Shown in pieces: positions 1-10,125 of a stretch of DNA of 64,000 bases (position 1 is the stretch's first letter; every line of letters starts with the position of its first letter). The stretch is taken from the NCBI GenBank assembly GCA_045532855.1, contig JAZSGS010000013.1, positions 15,480 through 79,479 of the forward strand. Direction: 5' to 3'. The notes under the pieces are model-generated. The model was given only the letters and a program-made list of their open reading frames with translations. It was not told the DNA's origin and ran no database searches. The position numbers and the translations under genes were made by a program. The DNA comes from Faecousia sp. Its GTDB lineage: Bacteria; Bacillota; Clostridia; Oscillospirales; Oscillospiraceae.

Positions 1-753
1 CTTGATCTTATCCTCGGTGGACTTGTTAGAGCCCAGCAGACCGAACTTTTCGTTGTAGCCGCTGCCGTCAACGCTTTCGTTCAGAATATCGTCCAGACCG
101 CAGACCACCTCGGCACCGGCGTCCTTCAGGATCCGCTTGGTGCGCACACGGGTGTGAATGTCGCAGGTCAGCACATTCTTGGTGTAGTTCAGGATCACCT
201 TGGGGTTGTTGGCGAAGATGATCTCTGCCTCTGCGCCGCATTCCCGGATCAGATCGCCGTAATACTGCACATAGTCCACCAGAGTGAAGGGGTGCAGGTT
301 CTGACCGAACAGCTCACGGTACTTTGCTTCGGTCAGCACATCGCTGTAGGGATTGACGCCGGCTTCGTCCAGCTTGTCCAGGGACACCAGTTCATTACCT
401 ACCTCGTCGGAGGGGTAGCTGAGCATCAGCACGATCTTCTTCGCGCCCATAGCGATGCCACGCAGGCAAATTGCGAAACGGTTACGGGACAAAATGGGGA
501 AAATGACACCGATGGTTCCGCCGCCCAGCTTGGCGCGGACATCCTTAGCGATGGCATCAACGGATGCATAGTTACCCTGTGCCCGGGCGACTATGGATTC
601 GGTGATACCCACCACATCCCGGTCGTTCAGACCGAAGCCTTCACTCTCAGCGGCTTCAATGACGCTGGTAACAACAATATCAGCAAGGTCATCGCCCTCA
701 CGGATGATGGGGCAGCGAATACCTCTGGAGGTAGTACCGACTTTTCTTTCCAT
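1..753 (-). CDS. Coenzyme F420-0:L-glutamate ligase (CofE)-family protein, runs off window edge
   Basis: Not in ORF track. Manual minus-strand translation from ATG at 753 (GAGGT RBS upstream) gives MERKVGTTSRGIRCPIIREGDDLADIVV...DRDVVGITESIVARAQG, a CofE-like N-terminus; the frame is open to position 1. Confidence 0.7.
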   Translation of the reverse strand, partial: MERKVGTTSRGIRCPIIREGDDLADIVVTSVIEAAESEGFGLNDRDVVGITESIVARAQGNYASVDAIAKDVRAKLGGGTIGVIFPILSRNRFAICLRGIAMGAKKIVLMLSYPSDEVGNELVSLDKLDEAGVNPYSDVLTEAKYRELFGQNLHPFTLVDYVQYYGDLIRECGAEAEIIFANNPKVILNYTKNVLTCDIHTRVRTKRILKDAGAEVVCGLDDILNESVDGSGYNEKFGLLGSNKSTEDKIK

Positions 754-969
754 TCAAAAGACCTCATTTCCTGGGGATGACCCAAGCATCCCCGACTAAA
801 TAAAAACAACACCATTGTTATACAGCAAAACGCAGAATTTTTCAATATTTTTTTGAAAAAAATTATGATTGGCTGCAAAGATTGGACATTTACACAATCT
901 TGCGCCGTAATGCGGCGGAATATTCGTGAACGGAAAAACAAGGGACTGCAAAAGCAGTCCCTTAAAATA

Positions 970-1845
970 TTAGAATGTGCAGCGGATGGACCAGCGGTTT
1001 TCGTAGGTCTTGCCGGGTGCCAGACGGAGCAGATCTTCCCGTTCTTCAAAAATGGCAGGCACATCCTGGAACGATGCCAAAGAGCACCAGGGCTCAATGC
1101 AAACATAAGGCGCATCACTGTGGGGCTTGTGCCAGAAGCCGATGTAACGCATACCGGGGTATGTAACGGTAACGCTGTGGCTGTCGCCCGCGGTCTCCAG
1201 AGTAACTTCCCGGGCGGCGTTACGCAGGACGATAGCATCGTCATTGAACAGGGAATGCTCCAGCGGAATGATCTGATCGTCCTTCAGAGGGTAAGGGGCG
1301 GTTTCGCCGCTGAACAGATACTGGGGTGTAACCAGATACATTTCCGGCTCGCACTTTTCCGAGAAACGAAGCTGATAATCTTCAAATTTCTTGCCCGCAG
1401 CCAGCGGCACATTGAAGCCGGGATGTCCGCCCAGACCGAAGGGAAGCTCTTTGCTGTCCTTATTTTCAATCTTAAAGAGAATATCCAGCTTGTTGCCCTC
1501 CAGGGAGTAAGCTACGGTAAAGGCAAACTTTCTGGGGTAGATTTTAAGGGTTTCCTCGCTGTCGGTCAGCAGAAGCTCCAAATAGGTGGTCTCTGCTTTG
1601 ACAACCTCAAAATTGCTCAGCCAGGCGAAGCCGTGGCAGCCCAATTCATACCAGTTGCCGTCCAATCTGTACTTGCCATTGGTCAGACGACCAACGCTGG
1701 GGAAGATGTTGGGAGAGCGGTCTGCCCAATACTTGGGATCGCCCTGCCATACATACTCAGTGCCGTCTGCGGCAACGATGCGCATCAGCTCTGCGCCCTT
1801 GGCAGATACGGTAACGGTCAAAAATTCATTTTGAATGGTATACAT
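970..1845 (-). CDS. Aldose 1-epimerase family protein (LacX-like)
   Basis: GAEL, YVWQGD, HGFA, GGHPGF and YVCIEPW motifs; start MYTIQNE follows an RBS. Confidence 0.88.
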   Translation of the reverse strand: MYTIQNEFLTVTVSAKGAELMRIVAADGTEYVWQGDPKYWADRSPNIFPSVGRLTNGKYRLDGNWYELGCHGFAWLSNFEVVKAETTYLELLLTDSEETLKIYPRKFAFTVAYSLEGNKLDILFKIENKDSKELPFGLGGHPGFNVPLAAGKKFEDYQLRFSEKCEPEMYLVTPQYLFSGETAPYPLKDDQIIPLEHSLFNDDAIVLRNAAREVTLETAGDSHSVTVTYPGMRYIGFWHKPHSDAPYVCIEPWCSLASFQDVPAIFEEREDLLRLAPGKTYENRWSIRCTF

Positions 1846-1859
1846 AGCGGTATTTCCTT

Positions 1860-3326
1860 TCATCCTTGATAGCGGGGCTCGCAGGTCAGATTAATGCCCA
1901 GCCGCTTAAAGGTACGCTCGTCCACGCTGGATAAAATCACAGAGGAGTGGACATCGCAGCCCCGCAGCTTGCTCAGCTGCTCCATCGCCAGCTCTGCCGT
2001 AGGATTGGTGGCGGCACTGATGGACAGAGCGATCAGTGTTTCGTCGGTATGCAGTCTGGGGTTGCGGTTGCCCAGATGATCCACCTTCAGATGCTGAATG
2101 GGATCAATGGCGATGGGGGAAATTAAGTGCAGATCGTCGGGCATATTGCCCAGCGCCTTCAATGCGTTCAGCAGCAGCGCAGAGGATGCACCCAGCAGAT
2201 TGGAGGTCTTGCCGGTGATGATCCGACCGTCGGGCAGCTCCATAGCAGCGGCAGGCAGATCGGTTTCGTCTGCCCGTGCCAAAGCGGCGGTTACCACACG
2301 GCGGCTGGAAATATCCACGCCTGCCTTTTTCATCAGCAGCTCCAGCTTGGAAACGGTCTCGGCAGTGCCTCTGCCCTTTTTCTCAGCGCAAAGAGCATCG
2401 TAATACCGGCGAATGATCTCCTGCCGGGAGGCCTCCTTCACGGCGGCATCGTCGGTGATGCAGTTACCCACCATATTGACGCCCATATCCGTGGGGGATT
2501 TGTAGGGACATTCGCCCAAAATCTTTTCAAACATAGCAACCAGGACGGGGAATGCTTCCACATCCCGATTGTAGTTGACGGAGATCTTATTGTAGGCATC
2601 CAAATGGAACGGATCGATCATATTCACATCGCTGAGGTCGGCGGTGGCGGCCTCATAGGCCAGATTTACCGGGTGATTCAGCGGCAGATTCCAAACCGGG
2701 AAGGTCTCGAACTTGGCATAGCCGGCCTGAACGCCCCGCTTATGCTCGTGGTACAGCTGGCTCATACAGGTGGCCAGCTTGCCGCTGCCGGGGCCCGGCG
2801 CGGTAACCACCACCAATTCCCGGGTGGTTTCGATGTATTCGTTGCGGCCATAACCGTCGTCGCTGACGATGTGAGAGATGTTGGCGGGATAACCCTCAAT
2901 GGCGTAGTGGCGATAGACCTTAACGCCCATACCCTCCAGCCGCGCCTGAAATGCCTCTGTACCGGCCTGCTTGTTAAAGCGGGTTAGCACCACGCTGGAC
3001 ACATACAGACCAAGCTCCCGAAACAGACCGATCAGCCGGATCACGTCCAGATCGTAGGTGATGCCCAGATCGCCGCGAACCTTATTCTTTTCAATATCGC
3101 CGGCGTTGATGGCGATGACCATTTCCACCTGATCCTTCAGCTGCAGCAGCATTTTCAGCTTACTGTCGGGCTGGAAGCCGGGCAACACCCGGGAGGCGTG
3201 GTAATCGTCATACAGCTTGCCGCCGAACTCCAGATACAGCTTGCCGCCAAAGGCGCTGAGCCGCTCCCGGATATGGGCAGACTGTGTCTGCAGATATTGT
3301 TCATTGTCAAATCCAATGCATCGCAT
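1860..3326 (-). CDS. DUF1846 family protein
   Basis: GGKLYLEFGGKL..DYHASRVLPGF, GPGSGK P-loop, YAKFETFPVWNLPL. Confidence 0.88.
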   Translation of the reverse strand: MRCIGFDNEQYLQTQSAHIRERLSAFGGKLYLEFGGKLYDDYHASRVLPGFQPDSKLKMLLQLKDQVEMVIAINAGDIEKNKVRGDLGITYDLDVIRLIGLFRELGLYVSSVVLTRFNKQAGTEAFQARLEGMGVKVYRHYAIEGYPANISHIVSDDGYGRNEYIETTRELVVVTAPGPGSGKLATCMSQLYHEHKRGVQAGYAKFETFPVWNLPLNHPVNLAYEAATADLSDVNMIDPFHLDAYNKISVNYNRDVEAFPVLVAMFEKILGECPYKSPTDMGVNMVGNCITDDAAVKEASRQEIIRRYYDALCAEKKGRGTAETVSKLELLMKKAGVDISSRRVVTAALARADETDLPAAAMELPDGRIITGKTSNLLGASSALLLNALKALGNMPDDLHLISPIAIDPIQHLKVDHLGNRNPRLHTDETLIALSISAATNPTAELAMEQLSKLRGCDVHSSVILSSVDERTFKRLGINLTCEPRYQG

Positions 3327-3426
3327 ATCGGCACCTCAGTTCAAAAAATACTACCTATATATTGTAATCCATTCGACAGAAAATAGCAAGGGATTTTCCG
3401 TTCAAAAATAATTTATAAATGAAGGC

Positions 3427-3455
3427 TTGACATTTTTAGCACTCTAGTGTATAGT
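3427..3455 (+). promoter_or_regulatory. Sigma-A promoter of the hrcA operon
   Basis: TTGACA (3427-3432), 17 bp, TATAGT (3450-3455). Confidence 0.85.
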
Positions 3456-3486
3456 GTGCTTAGCACTCAAACGCAAAGAGTGCTAA
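3436..3486 (+). promoter_or_regulatory. Tandem CIRCE operators (HrcA sites)
   Basis: Perfect TTAGCACTC-N9-GAGTGCTAA at 3460-3486; degenerate TTAGCACTC-N9-GTGTGCTTA at 3436-3462. Confidence 0.95.
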
Positions 3487-3508
3487 CACCACTGCAAGGA
3501 GGGACGGT

Positions 3509-4564
3509 ATGGAACTGACCGAACGGAAAAAGAAGGTGCTGCGCTCCATCGTAGACCTGTATATCCGTAGTGCGGAACCGGTGGGCTCTAAGGCCATCGC
3601 CCAGCTGCCGGATATGAACTATTCTCCTGCCACGATCCGCAACGAAATGGCGGATCTGACCAGTATGGGCTATCTGGAACAGCCTCATACCAGCGCAGGC
3701 CGCGTCCCCTCTGCTGCCGGCTATCGGCTGTATGTGGATGAGCTGATGGCGGACTACCGCCTGAGTATGGATGAGACCCAGTCCATCAATGTTGCCATCG
3801 AGGAGAAGATGCAGCGGGTGGATAAGCTGATGGAAAAAGTGGCAAAATTGGTGTCGCAAGCAACCGATCTGCCGGCAATTTCCGTTGCATCCCGCAGCTG
3901 TGGCGTTACTGTGAAGCGGTTTGACCTGATCATGGCTGGGGCGGGCAGCATTATTTTGGTTGTGATGCTCAGCACCGACGAGGTGGTCAACAAGCTGATC
4001 AAGCTGCCGGTGAATGTGGAAGAGGCTGACCTGAAGCTGCTGAGCGCCGTGCTGAACGCTACGATGACCGAGCTTCCTGCTGAGGAATTTACCCCCGCCC
4101 TTATGGATCGGGTGCTGAATTCTGCCGGAATGGCGGCAAGCTTAGTTCCGGTGGTGGTGGAGTTCGTGATGGACACCCTCCGTCGGCAGGAAAGCACCAA
4201 TATGACGGTGGCAGGACACGTTCGGCTGCTGGAACAGCCGGAATACCGCAGCATCGACAAGGCGCAGCGGGTGCTGTCCTCCATTGATGACGGTGCGCTG
4301 AGCAATCTGCCGGCAGTGATGCAAAACGCCAGCGGCACAAAGGTGCTGGTGGGACCGGAAAACATCACCGAAGAGCTGAAGGATACCTCCGTTGTTATGA
4401 CGAAATTCGACATCGGCGACGGTCTGCAGGGTATGATCGGCGTGGTTGGTCCTACCCGTATGGATTACGCCAAGGTTACTGCCCGACTGAGTTATTTTGC
4501 AGAAAGCTTGAGTAAGATGTTTAACAAGCCGGAGCAGGAGCAGCTCCCCCCGGCGCAGGAATGA
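3509..4564 (+). CDS. hrcA: Heat-inducible transcription repressor
   Basis: EPVGSK, SPATIRNEMADL, QPHTSAGRVP, GVVGPTRMDY; CIRCE upstream. Confidence 0.97.
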   Translation: MELTERKKKVLRSIVDLYIRSAEPVGSKAIAQLPDMNYSPATIRNEMADLTSMGYLEQPHTSAGRVPSAAGYRLYVDELMADYRLSMDETQSINVAIEEKMQRVDKLMEKVAKLVSQATDLPAISVASRSCGVTVKRFDLIMAGAGSIILVVMLSTDEVVNKLIKLPVNVEEADLKLLSAVLNATMTELPAEEFTPALMDRVLNSAGMAASLVPVVVEFVMDTLRRQESTNMTVAGHVRLLEQPEYRSIDKAQRVLSSIDDGALSNLPAVMQNASGTKVLVGPENITEELKDTSVVMTKFDIGDGLQGMIGVVGPTRMDYAKVTARLSYFAESLSKMFNKPEQEQLPPAQE

Positions 4565-4585
4565 AAGCCGCATTAGGAGGCAAAA

Positions 4586-5101
4586 ATGGCAAAGAAAAGC
4601 AAGGAAAAGAAGGACCTGGAGGAACAGCTGGAGCAGACTCCCGTAGAAGAAACGGTAGAGGAAGCGCCGGTGGATCCCTGGGAGGAAAAATACAATGCCG
4701 AGCGGGATTCTCACCTGCGGCTGGCGGCGGAATTCGATAATTTCCGCAAGCGCACCTTAAAGGAAAAGGAAAGCTCCTACGCAAACGGCAAGGCCGATGC
4801 GGTGGAAAAGCTTTTGCCGGTGTACGACAATCTGGAGCGGGCGCTGAATCAGCCCACCGAGGACGAGGCGTATAAAAAGGGCGTAGAAATGACAATGACC
4901 GAGCTGGTTAAGATCTTTACCTCTCTGGGTGTTGAGATCTTCGGCGAGGTTGGGGAGACCTTTGACCCCAATATGCACAATGCTGTGATGCACACGGAGG
5001 ATGAGAATCTGGGTGAAAACACCATTTCCCTGGTGTTCCAGAAGGGCTTCCGTATGGGCGAAAAAACCGTAAGATTCGCCATGGTGCAGGTGGCAAACTA
5101 A
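4586..5101 (+). CDS. grpE: Nucleotide exchange factor GrpE
   Basis: LRLAAEFDNFRKR, FDPNMHNAV, QKGF; operon context. Confidence 0.97.
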   Translation: MAKKSKEKKDLEEQLEQTPVEETVEEAPVDPWEEKYNAERDSHLRLAAEFDNFRKRTLKEKESSYANGKADAVEKLLPVYDNLERALNQPTEDEAYKKGVEMTMTELVKIFTSLGVEIFGEVGETFDPNMHNAVMHTEDENLGENTISLVFQKGFRMGEKTVRFAMVQVAN

Positions 5102-5141
5102 ATCTGTTAACAATTTAAGTTTTATATAGGAGGAAATTATT

Positions 5142-6947
5142 ATGGGTAAGATTATTGGTATTGATTTGGGCACCACCAATTCCTGCGTGGCTGTTCTGGA
5201 AGGCGGCGAGCCTGTTGTTATCGCCAATGCTGAGGGTGGTCGTACCACTCCCTCTGTTGTGGCATTCTCCAAGACCGGTGAGCGTATGGTCGGTCAGGTG
5301 GCAAAGCGCCAGGCTGTTACCAACGCAGACCGCACCGTTGCCTCTATCAAGCGGCATATGGGTGAAAACTACAAGGTAACCATCGACGGCAAGAACTACA
5401 CTCCCCAGGAGATCAGTGCAATGACGCTGGCAAAGCTGAAGGCGGATGCCGAGGCTTATTTGGGACAGCCGGTTACTGAGGCAGTTATCACCGTGCCTGC
5501 TTACTTCTCCGATGCGCAGCGTCAGGCTACCAAGGACGCCGGTAAGATCGCCGGTCTGGATGTCAAGCGCATCATCAACGAGCCCACCGCAGCTGCGCTG
5601 GCTTACGGCCTGGACAAGGAAAATGAGCAGAAGATCATGGTCTACGACCTGGGCGGCGGTACTTTCGACGTTTCCATTCTGGAGATCGGCGACGGTGTTG
5701 TGGAAGTTAAGGCTACCTCCGGCGACACTCGTCTGGGCGGCGACGACTTCGACCAGAGAGTTATGGACTATCTGGTTGCTGAGTTCAAGAAGGCTGAGGG
5801 CATTGATCTTTCCAAGGATCGCGTTGCTATGCAGCGTCTGAAGGAAGCTGCTGAGAAGGCAAAGATCGAGCTGTCCGGTATGACCAGCACTGCAGTTAAC
5901 CTGCCTTATATCACCGCTGACGCTACCGGTCCTAAGCACCTGGATGTTACGCTGACTCGCGCAAAGTTCAACGAGCTGACCGCCGATCTGGTGGAGCGTA
6001 CCCTGAAGCCCGTCAATCAGTCCCTGGCAGATGCCGGCCTGAAGCCCAGCGACCTGGATAAGGTTCTGCTGGTAGGCGGCTCCACCCGTATTCCTGCTGT
6101 GCAGGAAGCTGTTAAGAAGATCACCGGCAAGGAAGGCTTCAAGGGCATCAACCCCGATGAGTGTGTTGCTGTTGGCGCAGCGATCCAGGGCGGCGTTCTG
6201 ACCGGCGATGTGCAGGATATTCTGCTGCTGGACGTTACCCCCCTGTCCCTGGGCATCGAGACCATGGGCGGCGTATTTACCCGTCTGATCGAGCGTAACT
6301 CCACCATTCCCACCCGTAAGAGCCAGATCTTCTCCACCGCTGCTGACGGTCAGACCTCCGTTGAGGTTCACGTGCTGCAGGGTGAGCGTGAGATGGCTGC
6401 CTACAATAAGACCTTGGGCCGCTTCCAGCTGAGTGGTATTGCTCCGGCTCCCCGTGGCGTTCCTCAGATCGAGGTTACCTTTGACATCGACGCCAACGGC
6501 ATCGTAAAGGTTTCCGCTAAGGATCTGGGTACCGGCAAGGAGCAGAACATTTCCATCACCGCATCCACCAATCTGAGCCAGGAGGACATCGATAAGGCTG
6601 TCCGCGAGGCTGAGCAGTATGCCGCTGAGGATAAGGCTCGCAAGGAAGAGGTGGACACCCACAATATGGCTGATCAGACCATCTATCAGACCGAAAAGAC
6701 TCTGAACGAGCTGGGCGACAAGATCAGTGAAGAGGAGAAGAACTCTATTCAGACTGCGGTCGACAACCTGAAGGAAGCCAACAAGGGCACCGATATTGCC
6801 GCTATCAAGGCTGCAACGGAAGAAGTTCAGAAGGCGTTCTATGCAGTATCTGAAAAGCTGTATCAGCAGGCAGGCGCACAGGGACAGCCCGGCGCGCAGC
6901 CCGGTGATGACGGCGTTGTAGATGCAGACTACGAAACTGTTGACTAA
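5142..6947 (+). CDS. dnaK: Chaperone DnaK
   Basis: [29 protein letters not shown]. Confidence 0.99.
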   Translation: MGKIIGIDLGTTNSCVAVLEGGEPVVIANAEGGRTTPSVVAFSKTGERMVGQVAKRQAVTNADRTVASIKRHMGENYKVTIDGKNYTPQEISAMTLAKLKADAEAYLGQPVTEAVITVPAYFSDAQRQATKDAGKIAGLDVKRIINEPTAAALAYGLDKENEQKIMVYDLGGGTFDVSILEIGDGVVEVKATSGDTRLGGDDFDQRVMDYLVAEFKKAEGIDLSKDRVAMQRLKEAAEKAKIELSGMTSTAVNLPYITADATGPKHLDVTLTRAKFNELTADLVERTLKPVNQSLADAGLKPSDLDKVLLVGGSTRIPAVQEAVKKITGKEGFKGINPDECVAVGAAIQGGVLTGDVQDILLLDVTPLSLGIETMGGVFTRLIERNSTIPTRKSQIFSTAADGQTSVEVHVLQGEREMAAYNKTLGRFQLSGIAPAPRGVPQIEVTFDIDANGIVKVSAKDLGTGKEQNISITASTNLSQEDIDKAVREAEQYAAEDKARKEEVDTHNMADQTIYQTEKTLNELGDKISEEEKNSIQTAVDNLKEANKGTDIAAIKAATEEVQKAFYAVSEKLYQQAGAQGQPGAQPGDDGVVDADYETVD

Positions 6948-7009
6948 AATAATCAGCCCTCAAGGGACGGCCTCCGCCGCCCCTTGTTGTGGCGTATAAA
7001 GAAAGAAGC

Positions 7010-7118
7010 CTTGCCTCCCTCTTTGAGGGAGGTGTCAGCCCGTATGGGCCGACGGAGGGAGTTTAACTCCCCCAGTCGCACTGCCCGTGCGACAGCCCCC
7101 TCAGGGAGGGGGCCGAGG
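7010..7118 (+). repeat. Dispersed palindromic repeat family A, copy 1
   Basis: CTTGCCTCCCTCTTTGAGGGAGGTG...GGAGGGAGTTTAACTCCCCCAGTC...GACAGCCCCCTCAGGGAGGGGGCCGAGG; matches four other copies. Confidence 0.9.
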
Positions 7119-7146
7119 CGCTACCCATCTATTGAGGTGAATCCAT

Positions 7147-8292
7147 ATGGCAGAAAATAAACGCGATTATTATGAGGTGCTGGGGCTTCAAAAGGGCGCC
7201 AGCACCGATGATATAAAGAAAGCCTACCGGAAACTGGCGATGAAATACCATCCCGACCGGAATCCGGACAACAAAGAGGCGGAAGAAAAGTTCAAAGAGG
7301 CGGCAGAGGCTTATGAGGTGCTGTCCGACGATGACAAGCGAGCCCGTTACGATCAGTTCGGCTTTGCCGGCGTGGATCCCAACTACGGCGCAGGTCAGGG
7401 CGGCAGCGGCTTTGGCGGTTTCGGCGGTTTCGGCGATTTTGGCGATCTGGGAGACATCTTTGGCTCATTCTTTGGCGGCGGTGCATCCCGCCGTTCCAAT
7501 GCCAACGCGCCCCGTCGGGGTGAAAATGTAGGCGCAAGACTGGAGCTGACCTTTGAAGAGGCGGCATTCGGCTGCGAAAAGGAAGTTTCCGTCCCCAGAA
7601 TTGAAAATTGCGCCGCCTGCTCCGGCACCGGCTCGGCTGACGGCAAGACGGAAACCTGCTCTATGTGCCGCGGCTCGGGACAGATCCGCACCACCCAGAA
7701 TTTTATGGGTATGGCAATGCAATCAACTTCTACTTGCCCTCAGTGCTCCGGACGTGGTAAAATAATCAAAACACCCTGCAACACCTGCCGCGGCAAGGGC
7801 AAAGTCCGTCGCACACAGAGAATCAAGGTGAAAGTTCCCGCCGGTGTGGATGACGGACAGAGCATCCGCGTTCGCGGTGAAGGCTGTGTGGGCATCAACG
7901 GCGGACCAAATGGCGATCTTTTGGCAGAGGTGCGCATCAAGCGGCATCCCATTTTTACCCGCCAGGACTATACCGTGCTTTGCGAAGTGCCCATTTCCTT
8001 TGCGCAGGCGGCCTTGGGCGCGGAGATCCAAGTGCCTACCCTGGACGGCCGCGTTCCCTTTGAGATTCCCGAGGGCACCCAGACCGGCAGCGTATTCACA
8101 CTTAGCGGCAAGGGAATTCCCGTGGTGGGAAATGCCCGCCGTCGGGGCGATCAGAAATTCACGGTGGTGGTAGAAACCCCCACCAAGCTCTCCAAGGAGC
8201 AGAAGGAGCTGCTGCGGCAGCTGGATGACTCCATAGAGGAAACCCCCAAGCGCAAGAAATTCTTTAACGCGATCAAAGACTTATTCGATTAA
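7147..8292 (+). CDS. dnaJ: Chaperone DnaJ
   Basis: J domain with HPD, G/F-rich region, four CxxCxGxG repeats. Confidence 0.98.
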   Translation: MAENKRDYYEVLGLQKGASTDDIKKAYRKLAMKYHPDRNPDNKEAEEKFKEAAEAYEVLSDDDKRARYDQFGFAGVDPNYGAGQGGSGFGGFGGFGDFGDLGDIFGSFFGGGASRRSNANAPRRGENVGARLELTFEEAAFGCEKEVSVPRIENCAACSGTGSADGKTETCSMCRGSGQIRTTQNFMGMAMQSTSTCPQCSGRGKIIKTPCNTCRGKGKVRRTQRIKVKVPAGVDDGQSIRVRGEGCVGINGGPNGDLLAEVRIKRHPIFTRQDYTVLCEVPISFAQAALGAEIQVPTLDGRVPFEIPEGTQTGSVFTLSGKGIPVVGNARRRGDQKFTVVVETPTKLSKEQKELLRQLDDSIEETPKRKKFFNAIKDLFD

Positions 8293-8316
8293 GAAAGAAC
8301 ATACGGAGGATAGAAT

Positions 8317-8808
8317 ATGAAGCGTACAGACTATATCAGCTGGGACGAATACTTTATGGGTATCGCCATCCTGGCAGCCAAGCGCAGCAAAGATCCCAAC
8401 ACCCAGGTAGGCGCCTGCATCGTATCTCAGGATAACATTATCATTTCCACCGGCTATAACGGTATGCCCAAGGGCTGCAGCGATGATGAATTTCCCTGGA
8501 ACCGCACCGGCGACCAGACCAAGTACCCCTTTGTTGTCCACGCAGAACTGAACGCTATCCTCAACGCCAGCGGCCGTGATCTGCGGGGCAGCCGGATTTA
8601 TGTGGCGCTGTTCCCCTGCAACGAGTGCGCCAAGGCCATCATTCAGAGCGGCATCAAGGAAGTGTACTATCTGTCCGATAAGTACAAGGACACGATGGGC
8701 AACATCGCCTCCAAGCGGATGATGGATGCCGCCGGTGTCAAGTACACCCAGCTGCATACCAATATCCAGTCCCTTACGCTGGACTTTATCCCCGAGGAAG
8801 AACGGTAA
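8317..8808 (+). CDS. dCMP deaminase family protein
   Basis: RSKDP, GYNG, HAE and PCNEC zinc motifs. Confidence 0.93.
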   Translation: MKRTDYISWDEYFMGIAILAAKRSKDPNTQVGACIVSQDNIIISTGYNGMPKGCSDDEFPWNRTGDQTKYPFVVHAELNAILNASGRDLRGSRIYVALFPCNECAKAIIQSGIKEVYYLSDKYKDTMGNIASKRMMDAAGVKYTQLHTNIQSLTLDFIPEEER

Positions 8809-8818
8809 ATAACAGAGC

Positions 8819-8911
8819 TGTCATTCCGAGTGAAGCGAAGCGGAACCGAGGAATCTACGCACACACAAAGTGCCAGGATCCTTCGACTCGCTACGCTCGC
8901 TCAGGATGACA
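8819..8911. repeat. Dispersed palindromic repeat family B, copy 1
   Basis: TGTCATTCCGAG...GAGGAATCT...GATCCTTCGACT...CGCTCAGGATGACA; second copy at 30382. Confidence 0.85.
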
Positions 8912-9025
8912 ACTTTTTTGCATTTTGAGGCGGAATAATTTGGATTGCATTTCTGGTATTGGTATGTTACAATAAAAGGTGGTATAAGGGTTTTTACGCC
9001 TTAAAACGACCAAATATGAAAAGGG

Positions 9026-10114
9026 GTGCTCGAAATGCAAATTGAAAAGGCAGCATATGCGTTTCAAATTGACGGCAATCCTGTTTCCTGCGTGGAGTTA
9101 AGTCAGGGACATATCAACCAAACCCTGAAGATCACTACGGACACCGGAGCAGAGTATGTTCTGCAGATGATCAATAAATATGTTTTCCAAAATCCCATTC
9201 GCTTGATGGCAAATGTCAGCTCCGTTACGGATTATCTGCATCAGCGGGTGGAAGACCCCCGGCATGCCTTGCACTTTATCCCCACCCACAAGGGTACATA
9301 TTATCACAGAGACCGGGACGGCGAATTTTGGCGGATGTACGACTTTGTTGGCGGCTTCTGTCTGGACGCGCCGGAAAGTCCGGAGGATTTTTACCAGAGT
9401 GCGTTGGCGTTTGGCCGTTTCCAGCAGCTTCTGGCGGATTTCCCGGTGGAAAAGCTGTATGAGACAATTCCGGAATTTCACAATACCATTGACCGATACC
9501 GTCAGTTTAAGGAATCTGTGGAGCTGGACCCCTGCGATCGGGTGTCCCAGGCACAGGCAGAGATCAAGTATCTGCTGAAGGTGGAGGGGATTGCCGGAAC
9601 TTTGCAGAAAATGCGGGAAGACGGCACACTTCCGCTGCGGGTAACCCACAATGACACCAAGCTGAACAATGTTCTGCTGGATCGCAAGACACGGAAAGCT
9701 CTGTGCGTTTTGGATTTGGATACGGTTATGCCCGGCTTGAGCCTGTACGATTTCGGCGATGCCATTCGGTTCGGCGCTGCCACAGCGGCAGAGGACGAAA
9801 CGGATGTTGAGAAGATGGAGCTGGATCTGGAGCTGTTCCGGGTATATACCGAGGGTTATTTGACCGCCGCTCCGTCTTTGACGGACAAGGAAGTGGAAAT
9901 GCTGCCCACCGGCGCGTTGATTATGACCTTGGAGGTGGCCGTTCGATTCCTGAAGGACTATATCGACGGCGACCTGTATTTTAAGACGCATTATCCCGAG
10001 CACAATTTGATCCGCGCCCGTACCCAGATCAAGTTGGCAATGGATATGCAGAAAAAATGGGAAGAAATGAATCAAATCGTGGCAGAGGCTGCCGCAAAGA
10101 TTCGTAAGAATTGA
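9026..10114 (+). CDS. APH-fold phosphotransferase, N-acetylhexosamine 1-kinase (NahK)-like
   Basis: GHINQT, ETIPEFHNT, RVTHNDTKLNN, LDLDTVMPG, DFGDAIR. Confidence 0.8.
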   Translation: MLEMQIEKAAYAFQIDGNPVSCVELSQGHINQTLKITTDTGAEYVLQMINKYVFQNPIRLMANVSSVTDYLHQRVEDPRHALHFIPTHKGTYYHRDRDGEFWRMYDFVGGFCLDAPESPEDFYQSALAFGRFQQLLADFPVEKLYETIPEFHNTIDRYRQFKESVELDPCDRVSQAQAEIKYLLKVEGIAGTLQKMREDGTLPLRVTHNDTKLNNVLLDRKTRKALCVLDLDTVMPGLSLYDFGDAIRFGAATAAEDETDVEKMELDLELFRVYTEGYLTAAPSLTDKEVEMLPTGALIMTLEVAVRFLKDYIDGDLYFKTHYPEHNLIRARTQIKLAMDMQKKWEEMNQIVAEAAAKIRKN

Positions 10115-10125
10115 GGAGGACCACT

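Noticed and set aside
154-780. 208-aa plus-strand ORF
   Set aside because: Antisense shadow of the CofE-like gene at 1-753
5115-6662. 515-aa antisense ORF over dnaK, and similar long antisense ORFs (13624-15153, 15211-16794, 27069-28934, 37383-39593, 57268-58875)
   Set aside because: Shadow frames of GC-rich, codon-biased genes on the opposite strand; no recognisable motifs
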